14,256 nucleotides of DNA from Candidatus Aegiribacteria sp. (GTDB taxonomy: Bacteria > Fermentibacterota > Fermentibacteria > Fermentibacterales > JCC-6). Positions 7,079 to 14,256 of this stretch are shown here, one piece after another. Within the stretch, counting starts at the first letter, position 1. Each line of letters begins with the position of its first letter. A program made the translations under genes and the position numbers. The stretch lies in contig JAWOBF010000079.1 of the NCBI GenBank assembly GCA_046498225.1, forward strand, positions 1 to 14,256, written 5' to 3'. Under the pieces are notes generated by a model. It saw only the letters and a list, made by a program, of their open reading frames with translations. It made no database searches and was not told where the DNA came from.

Positions 7079-8425
7079 ATGGAACCTATTATCAGCGGCT
7101 CCGGCATAAGAGGTATTTTCGGCCGGTCGCTCACCGTCTCCGACGCCATGGATTTCGCGGCTGCCTTCGGCGTACTGTCAGGCAGAGGACCCGTCGTGGT
7201 GGGCCGGGACACCAGGAGGAGCGGACCGGCTGTATCCGCGGCGGTCTTCGCCGGTCTCATGTCCGCGGGTTGCGACCCGGTGGACCTGGGAGTGGTAACC
7301 ACTCCAACCGTTCAGCTGGAGGCCATGAAGGACGGGGTGCGGGGCGGAATCGCCATAACGTCCAGCCACAATCCGGGAGACTGGAACGCCCTGAAGCTCA
7401 TAGGTCCCGACGGAGTGTTCCTCAGGGCAGGGGCCAGGGTCAGGTTCCTGGAAATACTCAGGGGCCCGGGGGTGCATGAGGATTACAGGGGCGCGGGCAT
7501 TCCCGGGTCGCTGGAGGGCTGCCTGGAGAGGCACGTGGAGGGTATCGTCTCCCTGCCCCTGGTGAAGGCCGAAGGCCGCCGCCTGGAAGTTGTCCTGGAC
7601 GTGACCGGCGGCACCGCCGCCTCCTTCGCCCCGATGCTGATGGAAAGAATGGGGATCGGATACTCGGTGATCAACCGCGACATGACCCCTCAGGGAGATT
7701 TCCCCAGAGTGGCGGAGCCCACGGTGGGGAGCCTGGAGCAGCTGTCCCGGGCCGTGGTGGAAGGTGGCGCCGACCTGGGTTTCGCCTTCGACCCGGACGG
7801 TGACAGGCTGGCACTGGTGGATGAGAGGGGAAGGGTGATAGGAGAGGACTATACGGTAGCACTGGCCATAGATCACGTCCTGGAGAGCAGGCCCGGACCT
7901 GCCGTGGTGAACCTGTCCACCTCCATGCTGGCGGCCCGGGCGGCACAGAGGCATGGTTCGCCTCTCTACAGGAGTCCCGTGGGAGAGGTGAACGTGGTGG
8001 AGGAGATGGAGCGACGGAAGGCCACCATAGGGGGAGAGGGAAACGGTGGGGTCATCGACAGGACCTTCCACGCCGGGCGTGACAGCGGTGTCGCCATGGC
8101 GTACACCCTCTCGATGCTCAGGGGACGGCCCGGCCTTACCCTGGGTGAATGGGCCGACGGGTTCCCTTCCTACTCCATGTTCAAAGAAAAGCTTCCCCTC
8201 GCCGGGGAGTTCCGCCTTCTGGAAGAAAGGCTGCTTGCGTCCTGGGGCGGACCTGCGGATACCAGGGACGGACTGTGGTACTCACGGCCCGGCGGCTGGC
8301 TTCATGTAAGGCCCTCGGGCACCGAGCCGGTAGTGAGGTTCATTGCGGAGAACTCGGATACCGATTACATTGAGGAAGATTTCAGGACCTTCAATAACGC
8401 GATGGAGATGATATGTGCGGAATAG
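7079..8425 (+). CDS. glmM: Phosphoglucosamine mutase (alpha-D-phosphohexomutase family)
   Basis: Motifs VVGRDTRRSG, catalytic ITSSHNP, metal-binding FDPDGDR, sugar-binding GGEGNGG and VRPSGTEP. The glmM call, rather than PMM/PGM, rests on the overlap with glmS. Confidence 0.85.
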   Translation: MEPIISGSGIRGIFGRSLTVSDAMDFAAAFGVLSGRGPVVVGRDTRRSGPAVSAAVFAGLMSAGCDPVDLGVVTTPTVQLEAMKDGVRGGIAITSSHNPGDWNALKLIGPDGVFLRAGARVRFLEILRGPGVHEDYRGAGIPGSLEGCLERHVEGIVSLPLVKAEGRRLEVVLDVTGGTAASFAPMLMERMGIGYSVINRDMTPQGDFPRVAEPTVGSLEQLSRAVVEGGADLGFAFDPDGDRLALVDERGRVIGEDYTVALAIDHVLESRPGPAVVNLSTSMLAARAAQRHGSPLYRSPVGEVNVVEEMERRKATIGGEGNGGVIDRTFHAGRDSGVAMAYTLSMLRGRPGLTLGEWADGFPSYSMFKEKLPLAGEFRLLEERLLASWGGPADTRDGLWYSRPGGWLHVRPSGTEPVVRFIAENSDTDYIEEDFRTFNNAMEMICAE

Positions 8426-10248
8426 TGGGCTACGTTGGAAGCAGACCCGCGAGAGAGATCCTGATTGCCGGGCTGAAGCGCCTGGAGTACAGGGGTTACG
8501 ACTCCGCGGGATACGCCCTGCAGGGCAACGGCAGCCTCCTTGTAAAGAAGCGCGCCGGAAGGGTCAGCGACCTCGAGGAATCGGACCGGGGACAGGCCGA
8601 CAGGTCCACTGTGGGAATAGCCCATACACGCTGGGCGACCCATGGAGAGCCTTCCCACCTGAACGCTCACCCCCACTGCGACAACCAGATGAGAATAGCC
8701 GTGGTGCATAACGGCATAATAGAGAACTACAAGACGCTGAGGCAGGAACTCATCGGTCTGGGTATCCAGTTCGAGACCCAGACCGATTCAGAGGTCCTGC
8801 CCAAGCTCATAGGATACGAGGTCTCCCGGGGGAAGAAACTGTTCCAGGCTGTGAAGGACGCCCTCAGCAGGGTGCAGGGCGCCTACGGCATAGCCGTCAT
8901 CTCCGCCGACGAACCCGATACACTGGTAGCGGCAAGGTACGGAAGTCCGCTGGTTGCCGGCATAGGTGATGACGAGTACTTCGTGGCCAGCGACGTGGCG
9001 GCCATAGTGTCCCATACCCGTGACGTCATCTATCTGGAGGAGGGGGAGGTGATAGAGGTGAACCTGAGGGGCATTCTGTCGGACAACGGTCATCCCTCTC
9101 TGATAAGGGACAGGATAGAACGGGTCGACTGGGATATCTCGGACATTGAGAAGGACGGCTATCCGCATTTCATGCTGAAGGAGATCTACAGCCAGCCGGA
9201 ATCCCTGACCAACGCCTTCAGGGGAAGACTGGACCTGGAGCAGGGCACAGCCCATCTGGGAGGCCTTCAGATGACCGAGGAGGACATGCGCTCCATAAGC
9301 AGGATAGTCATAACCGCCTGCGGCACGTCGTGGCACGCGGCCCTCATCGGGAAATATCTGATAGAGGCGTTCGCCAGAATACCCGTAGAAGTGGAGTACG
9401 CGTCGGAGTTCAGGTATCGGGACCCTGTGCTGACACCGGATACGGTGATGATAGTCATCAGCCAGAGCGGGGAGACGGCGGATACCCTGGCGGCACTGAA
9501 GCTGGCCAGGGACAAGCAGTGCCGCACACTGGGCATAGTCAACGTGGTTGGCTCCTCCATAGCCAGGGAGACCGACGCCGGTGTCTACATTCACGCCGGC
9601 CCGGAGATAGGCGTGGCCTCCACCAAGGCCTTCACCTCCCAGGTCATGGCGCTGGTCCTCATATCCCTGGCGCTGGGAAGGGCCAGATTGGTTCTGGACC
9701 GTGAACAGGGCCTGGAGCTGGCCAGCGAGATAATGTCCATTCCGGAGAAGGTGGAGACCATCCTGAAGAACACCGGCGGAATAGCCGAGGTAGCAAAGGA
9801 ATTCACCTACGCCAGGAACTTCCTCTACCTGGGCAGGGGAGTGAACTACCCGGTAGCCCTCGAGGGCGCCCTGAAGCTCAAGGAGATCTCGTACATCCAT
9901 GCCGAGGGGTATCCGGCGGCGGAGATGAAACACGGCCCCATAGCGCTCATTGACCAGATGATGCCCATAGCCGTGATAGCGGTGAAGGGAGCCGCCTACG
10001 ACAAGGTGCTCTCCAACATCGAGGAGGTGAGGGCCCGTCAGGGAAGGGTGCTGGCCATAGCCACCGAGGGCGACGAGGACATTCAGAGCCTCTCGGACTG
10101 GGTGATAAGGGTCCCGGAGACCCATGACATGCTGGTTCCCCTTCTGACGGTGATACCGCTTCAGCTCCTCTCCTACCATATCGCCGTGGCGAGGGGATGT
10201 GACGTGGACAAGCCCAGGAACCTGGCCAAGAGCGTTACGGTGGAGTGA
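8413..10248 (+). CDS. glmS: Glutamine--fructose-6-phosphate transaminase (isomerizing)
   Basis: Motifs MCGIVG, RLEYRGYDSAG, GIAHTRWATHG, HNGIIEN, SQSGETADT, VASTKAFT, EGALKLKEISYIHAEG and the C-terminal DKPRNLAKSVTVE. Confidence 0.99.
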   Translation: MCGIVGYVGSRPAREILIAGLKRLEYRGYDSAGYALQGNGSLLVKKRAGRVSDLEESDRGQADRSTVGIAHTRWATHGEPSHLNAHPHCDNQMRIAVVHNGIIENYKTLRQELIGLGIQFETQTDSEVLPKLIGYEVSRGKKLFQAVKDALSRVQGAYGIAVISADEPDTLVAARYGSPLVAGIGDDEYFVASDVAAIVSHTRDVIYLEEGEVIEVNLRGILSDNGHPSLIRDRIERVDWDISDIEKDGYPHFMLKEIYSQPESLTNAFRGRLDLEQGTAHLGGLQMTEEDMRSISRIVITACGTSWHAALIGKYLIEAFARIPVEVEYASEFRYRDPVLTPDTVMIVISQSGETADTLAALKLARDKQCRTLGIVNVVGSSIARETDAGVYIHAGPEIGVASTKAFTSQVMALVLISLALGRARLVLDREQGLELASEIMSIPEKVETILKNTGGIAEVAKEFTYARNFLYLGRGVNYPVALEGALKLKEISYIHAEGYPAAEMKHGPIALIDQMMPIAVIAVKGAAYDKVLSNIEEVRARQGRVLAIATEGDEDIQSLSDWVIRVPETHDMLVPLLTVIPLQLLSYHIAVARGCDVDKPRNLAKSVTVE

Positions 10249-11186
10249 TAGTGACGGAACAGGAAAACGGAAGCGCAGTACCGGAATCTTCCCGCGGATT
10301 CGATCCCCGCAGGTATCTGATGAGGCTGTGGCTGTTCCTCAGGTTCTTCGGAAGACGGATGTACAACAAATGGAACGATGACGGCGTGTTCTTCTCCGCC
10401 GCCGCCATTTCCTTCAACGTGCTGATAACCATACTTCCCCTGGGACTGCTGATAATAACCTTCAGCGGAGTGGCCTTCCAGGAACACGAGGGCCTTCGTC
10501 AGGGCATGACCAACTGGCTGGAGACCGCCAACCCTCTGCTCCCGGAGTCCACCAGGGAGGAGATAGAGAGCACCATGCTCTCCGGCCGGACGGGCATACC
10601 CGGCGTTGTGGGCTTCGTTTTCCTCCTGTGGCTGGTGAGCAGGCTGTTCGGAACCATCAGGACCGCTTTCGACAGGATATTCGAAGTGCAGGAGGGGCGG
10701 AACATCGTCCTGGGAAAGCTGTACGACTTCTTTCTGGCGCTGCTGGTGGCCGTATGCTTCGTCTCCGCGCTCCTCTTCTCTACCATGGCCCGGCTAGTGG
10801 TGGACAGTCCGGTGGGTGACTTCGTGTCCCAGTGGCCCCTGATAGGGAGGTTCGCGGGAGGCAACCTGGCCCAGATACTCGGTATCACCTTCACCCTTCT
10901 GCTTTTCTTTACCCTCTACAAGGCCGCCCCTCACCGGAAGGTGGCCTTCGGCCAGGCTCTGCTGGCGACGGTGGTAGCCGCGATATTCACGGCCCTGGGC
11001 ACACAGCTGTACATATGGACGGTGAGCCACCCCGGCTGGGGAGTTGTCTACGGCTCCATGGCCAGCCTTATGGCCACCTTCTTCCTTCTCTACTGGGAGT
11101 GCGTGATACTACTGGGGGCCGCCGAGGTCAGCGAGATAGTGCACCAGTGGAGAAAAGTGGCCACCACCATGAAGAACGTGGGATGA
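10245..11186 (+). CDS. YihY/virulence factor BrkB family membrane protein; start GTG 10245 or GTG 10251
   Basis: Motifs AAAISFNVLITILP, FGTIRTAFDRIF, LYKAAP and VYGSMASLMATFFLLYWECVILLGAAEV; about 6-7 TM segments. Confidence 0.9.
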   Translation: MIVTEQENGSAVPESSRGFDPRRYLMRLWLFLRFFGRRMYNKWNDDGVFFSAAAISFNVLITILPLGLLIITFSGVAFQEHEGLRQGMTNWLETANPLLPESTREEIESTMLSGRTGIPGVVGFVFLLWLVSRLFGTIRTAFDRIFEVQEGRNIVLGKLYDFFLALLVAVCFVSALLFSTMARLVVDSPVGDFVSQWPLIGRFAGGNLAQILGITFTLLLFFTLYKAAPHRKVAFGQALLATVVAAIFTALGTQLYIWTVSHPGWGVVYGSMASLMATFFLLYWECVILLGAAEVSEIVHQWRKVATTMKNVG

Positions 11187-11195
11187 CCTTTCCCC

Positions 11196-12185
11196 TCACA
11201 CGCTGAACCTGATCTCTATTATGTCACCGTCCCTGACCGTGTAGTCCTTTCCCTCCAGGCCCAGCCGGCCCCTGTCCCTGAGGACAGCCCTGTCCGGTGT
11301 CTCATGGTACAGCTCCCACGGGGCCACCACCGCCCTGATGAACCCCCTGGCCATGTCGGAGTGAATGGTGCGGGCCGCTTCCAGAGCCGTGGCTCCCTTC
11401 TTCACCGGCCAGGCCCTGACCTCGTCGTCTCCCACGGTGAAGAAGACTATCAGGTCGAGGCAGGAGTAAGCGGTCGTTATCAGCCTGGAAAGGCCGCTGG
11501 AGGAGTATCCCATGGACTGAAGGAAGGGCCTTCTCTCATCCGCGGGGATCTCGGTCAGCTCCAGCTCGAACCCGGCGTCCACTCTCAGAAGTTCGCCCCC
11601 GTGTTCCCGCACCGTTTTCTCCAGTTCCTCCTCCGGAGTAACCGGTTCCCCCATGCGGTTGGAAACCGCGATGAGCGGCTTGCGTGAGAGGAGGGCGTAG
11701 GGAGAGATGATCTCCTCCTCCCCTGCGTCCAGCTCCAGCAGCCGGAGGGGGCGGTCGTCCTCCATGTGGCGCATCAGCCGGGAGAGCAGGTCGGCCTCCC
11801 TGGAGCTTCCGGCCCCTTCCTTGACCAGCCGGGAGAGCCTCTTCTCGCACAGCGCCATGTCGGAGAGTATCAGTTCCGACTCTATCTCGCCGAAGTCCCG
11901 AAGGAGTTCCCCCAGGGCGTAATTGTCCACGACCACGCAGGCAAGCGCCGCATTCCTGAGAAGTCCCAGATTTCTCGGCGCCATGGAAGGGGAGGGTACG
12001 TCGGTGAAGACCACCCGGGCGTGCACGGTCTTCCGGGGCCGGTGCACCTCGGCCAGGAAATCCAGCCTTGGGTCCGGCACATCCACCGTCAGGGGCTTGC
12101 CGGTGTCGGCCGCGGAGGAACCCGCCAGGGCCTGAAAGAGGGTGGACCTTCCGCATCCGGGCTTTCCCGCCAGAGCTATCTTCAT
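11196..12185 (-). CDS. YchF/OLA1-like P-loop protein with C-terminal TGS (DUF933) domain, divergent
   Basis: Motifs VDVPDPRLDFLAEV..P.K, ELILSD, LLSRKPL, GLSRLI..AY..LDLIVFFTVG.DEVRAW, IHSDMARGFIRA and LEGKDYTVRDGDIIEIRF. The G1, G2 and G3 motifs are atypical. Confidence 0.88.
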   Translation of the reverse strand: MKIALAGKPGCGRSTLFQALAGSSAADTGKPLTVDVPDPRLDFLAEVHRPRKTVHARVVFTDVPSPSMAPRNLGLLRNAALACVVVDNYALGELLRDFGEIESELILSDMALCEKRLSRLVKEGAGSSREADLLSRLMRHMEDDRPLRLLELDAGEEEIISPYALLSRKPLIAVSNRMGEPVTPEEELEKTVREHGGELLRVDAGFELELTEIPADERRPFLQSMGYSSSGLSRLITTAYSCLDLIVFFTVGDDEVRAWPVKKGATALEAARTIHSDMARGFIRAVVAPWELYHETPDRAVLRDRGRLGLEGKDYTVRDGDIIEIRFSV

Positions 12186-12243
12186 GCATATCCCCCGTCA
12201 ACTCCGCATTGAGCGGGAATATACCGGCGCGGCGTTCCCACCG

Positions 12244-12657
12244 CTATTCGGTGAACACCTTGACCGTGTCCCCGTCCCCGCTCTCAACGTCTATCTGCAG
12301 CTCGTTCAGGGCCTGTATCAGTTCATCGCCGTCAAGGCTGGAGAGGTTGGACAGGTCGACGCCGTGGCTGCTTATCTGGTCGGCCGCGTTTCCGGGCACG
12401 AGGGCGGAGAGCTTTATTCCGGTCTTTATCAGGCTGAGAGGGACCCTGACGTTCACCTTGTCGCCGTCGGCTGAATCCACCACAACCCTGAGGTATTTCG
12501 GAACCCTGCGGCTGACGCCATCTTCCGTCTCCGGGGTCTCAGCCTCCTCCTGCTCCTTTCCCCCTCCGAGCCTGGACAGGAGCGCGGTGGCCTCCTCAAC
12601 GCTTATCTTTCCCTCGGAGAGCATCTCCAGTATCTTCTTCTGCGATTCTTCCTTCAT
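12244..12657 (-). CDS. SHOCT-like N-terminal domain protein (YvlB/LiaX N-terminus-like), typical DUF2089 neighbour
   Basis: MKEESQKKILEMLSEGKISVEEATALL, then KYLRVVV...KVNVRVPLSL...IDVESGDGDTVKVFTE. SD AAAGAGGTG. Confidence 0.75.
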   Translation of the reverse strand: MKEESQKKILEMLSEGKISVEEATALLSRLGGGKEQEEAETPETEDGVSRRVPKYLRVVVDSADGDKVNVRVPLSLIKTGIKLSALVPGNAADQISSHGVDLSNLSSLDGDELIQALNELQIDVESGDGDTVKVFTE

Positions 12658-12677
12658 TGCACACCTCTTTCACTTTC

Positions 12678-12938
12678 TCAGATGAATTCTATCAGCAGGT
12701 CCTCTTCCTTCGACTCTATCCTTATCTCGGTCCCGTGCATGGTCATGATGAACAGCACCAGTCTCCAGGCCTGGCTCAGAACCCTCATGGCGTAGCTCCC
12801 CGGAAAGAAGATCAATCCCATGTTCCCCAACAGCCATCCTGCCAGGGCGAAGGGGGCGGCCAGCAGCCAGACCAGGAACCAGGGCAGCGGAATCACCACT
12901 TTCTTGATCCTTAGAAGCAGTATGAAGGCCGGCATCAC
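12678..12938 (-). CDS. Small hypothetical membrane protein
   Basis: 86 aa, Pro/Trp-rich hydrophobic region (IPLPWFLVWLLAAPFALAGWLLG) and C-terminal GTEIRIESKEEDLLIEFI. GTGATG overlaps the upstream TGA, with SD GGAGG; the start may be ATG 12935. Confidence 0.75.
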   Translation of the reverse strand: MMPAFILLLRIKKVVIPLPWFLVWLLAAPFALAGWLLGNMGLIFFPGSYAMRVLSQAWRLVLFIMTMHGTEIRIESKEEDLLIEFI

Positions 12939-13285
12939 AGTTCCTCCATAGCCTGGCGGAAGGTGATGTCACCCCGCCTGAGCTTTTCCAGGACATGGTC
13001 CTCCAGGTCCCTCGGCGTTTCCATGGTGGAATCCAGCCGACCGATTACCTCGGCTATCCTTGCCCTGGCGGTTGGATAGCTCACTTCCAGCAGTTCCTGA
13101 ATCTTCTTGATGGAACCGAAGCTGCGCACGAAAGCGATGACCAGCGCCTGGTCCTCGGGGGGCAGCTGCGCGAGTATGGAGACGGAGAACTCGCCCTCCA
13201 TCCTTATACCGCAGTCATCGCAGCGACAGGCAACAGGGGTCATGGTCCTTCCACACTCCGGGCATTTCGCATTGCCAATATCCAT
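12935..13285 (-). CDS. DUF2089-family protein (Zn-ribbon + HTH + short C-terminal helix pair), putative regulator
   Basis: CPECG...CDDC zinc ribbon, EGEF, FVRSFGSIKKIQELLEVSYPTARARI and VLEKLRRGDITFRQAMEEL. SD GGAGG 6 nt upstream. Confidence 0.88.
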   Translation of the reverse strand: MDIGNAKCPECGRTMTPVACRCDDCGIRMEGEFSVSILAQLPPEDQALVIAFVRSFGSIKKIQELLEVSYPTARARIAEVIGRLDSTMETPRDLEDHVLEKLRRGDITFRQAMEEL

Positions 13286-13310
13286 GTTGAACCTCCATAA
13301 ATCTAAAGCA

Positions 13311-13338
13311 AAGATAGAAAATTATTAAATATTGTCAA
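13311..13338 (-). promoter_or_regulatory. Sigma70 promoter of the DUF2089 operon
   Basis: On the - strand: TTGACA (13338-13333), a 16 nt AT-rich spacer and TATCTT (13316-13311), with an AT-rich UP-like tract upstream. Confidence 0.7.
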
Positions 13339-13389
13339 GTCATTGATCAAAAAATGTTATATTTCCTTTTCTTAAGCCCCCGCCAGTCC

Positions 13390-13420
13390 TTGACCCGGGG
13401 CGAATCTATGGTTCTATTGT
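13390..13420 (+). promoter_or_regulatory. Possible glgC promoter
   Basis: TTGACC (13390-13395) and TATTGT (13415-13420), but the 19 nt spacer is suboptimal. Confidence 0.3.
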
Positions 13421-13445
13421 GCTTCCAGTCTAGACAGGAGGATGT

Positions 13446-14256
13446 ATGAGCAGGATAATAGCAGTGGTTCTCGGAGGGGGAAGGGGGACCAGGCTCTTCC
13501 CGCTCACCCGTGACAGAAGTAAGCCCGCCGTTCCCATAGGCGGCAAGTACCGAATAATCGACATACCCCTTTCCAACTGCATAAACGATGGGATAAGGCA
13601 CATACTGGTACTGACCCAGTACAACAGCGAGAGCCTGAACAGGCATGTGGCCAGGACCTACCGTTTCGACCGGTTCACCCATGGTTTCGTATCCATACTG
13701 GCGGCCGAACAGACCAACGATAACTCCCAGTGGTTCCAGGGGACCGCCGACGCCGTCAGACAGAGCCTCAAGTACATAAGCGGCCAGCACCCCGACCTGG
13801 TCCTGATACTCTCCGGAGACCAGCTCTACAGGATGGATTTCAACCGTTTCGGCAGCTACCATCTCAGCAGCGGGGCCGACATAACCATAGGCACCATACC
13901 GGTCACCGACTCCGAAGCCTCATCCCTGGGAATAATGAAGGTGGGGGACGACGGCATAATAACCGAGTTCAGGGAAAAACCCTCGGGCGATGCTCTGGAA
14001 AGCATGAAAAGCGCTCAGAAAGGCACCACCGACGCCAAGCCCTACCTGGGCAACATGGGCATTTACATGTTCTCGCCGAAAATACTCAGTGAAGTGCTGG
14101 AGCGGGAGCCGGACGTCATCGATTTCGGCAGGGAGATAATTCCCAATTCCATAGATTCCTACAGGGTTACTTCATTCCCCTTCGGCGGCTACTGGTCGGA
14201 CATAGGGACCATTTCCAACTTCTTCAGGGCCAACCTGGATATGGCCGGCCCCAAAC
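13446..14256 (+). CDS. glgC: Glucose-1-phosphate adenylyltransferase (ADP-glucose pyrophosphorylase), 3'-truncated
   Basis: Translated by hand: SD AGGAGG, then MSRIIAVVLGGGRGTRLFPLTRDRSKPAVPIGGKYRIIDIPLSNC...LTQYNSESLNRH...WFQGTADAVRQ...ILSGDQLYRMD...FREKP...MGIY...DFGREIIP...GYWSDIGT. The frame is open to the window end and absent from the ORF track. Confidence 0.97.
   Translation, partial: MSRIIAVVLGGGRGTRLFPLTRDRSKPAVPIGGKYRIIDIPLSNCINDGIRHILVLTQYNSESLNRHVARTYRFDRFTHGFVSILAAEQTNDNSQWFQGTADAVRQSLKYISGQHPDLVLILSGDQLYRMDFNRFGSYHLSSGADITIGTIPVTDSEASSLGIMKVGDDGIITEFREKPSGDALESMKSAQKGTTDAKPYLGNMGIYMFSPKILSEVLEREPDVIDFGREIIPNSIDSYRVTSFPFGGYWSDIGTISNFFRANLDMAGPK

Noticed and set aside
7018..7479. 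153 aa ORF starting inside the tRNA
   Set aside because: It overlaps the tRNA and glmM out of frame, and its Arg/Gly-rich composition is typical of a spurious frame.
8380..8425. glmS ribozyme upstream of glmS
   Set aside because: glmS overlaps glmM by 13 nt, so there is no untranslated leader.
8788..10179. 463 aa antisense ORF, and similar long shadow ORFs (204-950, 1399-2316, 4497-5510, 5123-6268, 7178-8071, 11536-12201)
   Set aside because: They overlap well-supported genes, show no recognisable motifs, and are typical stop-poor shadows of GC-rich coding DNA.
11187..11195. Bidirectional terminator between yihY and the ychF-like gene
   Set aside because: The gap is only 9 nt (CCTTTCCCC) with no hairpin.
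13347..14092. ORF-track calls 13347-13862 (-), 13430-13624 (-) and 13730-14092 (+)
   Set aside because: All are shadows of glgC, which starts at 13446 in another frame.
1..14256. CRISPR array, IS element, prophage or defence system
   Set aside because: No spaced direct repeats, terminal inverted repeats, or transposase, integrase, nuclease or phage motifs were seen, and coding-region composition looks uniform.

Overview
A GC-rich, gene-dense bacterial chromosomal segment with no mobile element, phage gene or CRISPR array. A signal-peptide-bearing beta-barrel protein suggests a diderm host. In order, the window holds: the 3' part of a DUF4954-like beta-helix gene; a metal-homeostasis operon (consensus sigma70 promoter, SmtB/CzrA-type operator, permease with a C-terminal HMA domain and probable CTG start, ArsR/SmtB repressor); a convergent FAD-linked D-2-hydroxyacid oxidoreductase; a divergent two-subunit LeuC/LeuD-family dehydratase with homoaconitase-like motifs, coupled to an outer-membrane beta-barrel gene; a tRNA-Thr(CGT)-glmM-glmS-yihY unit; a minus-strand DUF2089 / small membrane protein / SHOCT-like gene trio followed by a YchF-like protein with degenerate nucleotide-binding motifs; and the 5' part of glgC, which is missing from the ORF track. 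The region is mostly housekeeping. The best leads are the GlmU-like motif in the DUF4954 protein near glmMS, the degenerate YchF behind the DUF2089 module, the Lys4-like split homoaconitase and the CTG start. All family calls come from motif recognition by eye; no database search was run.
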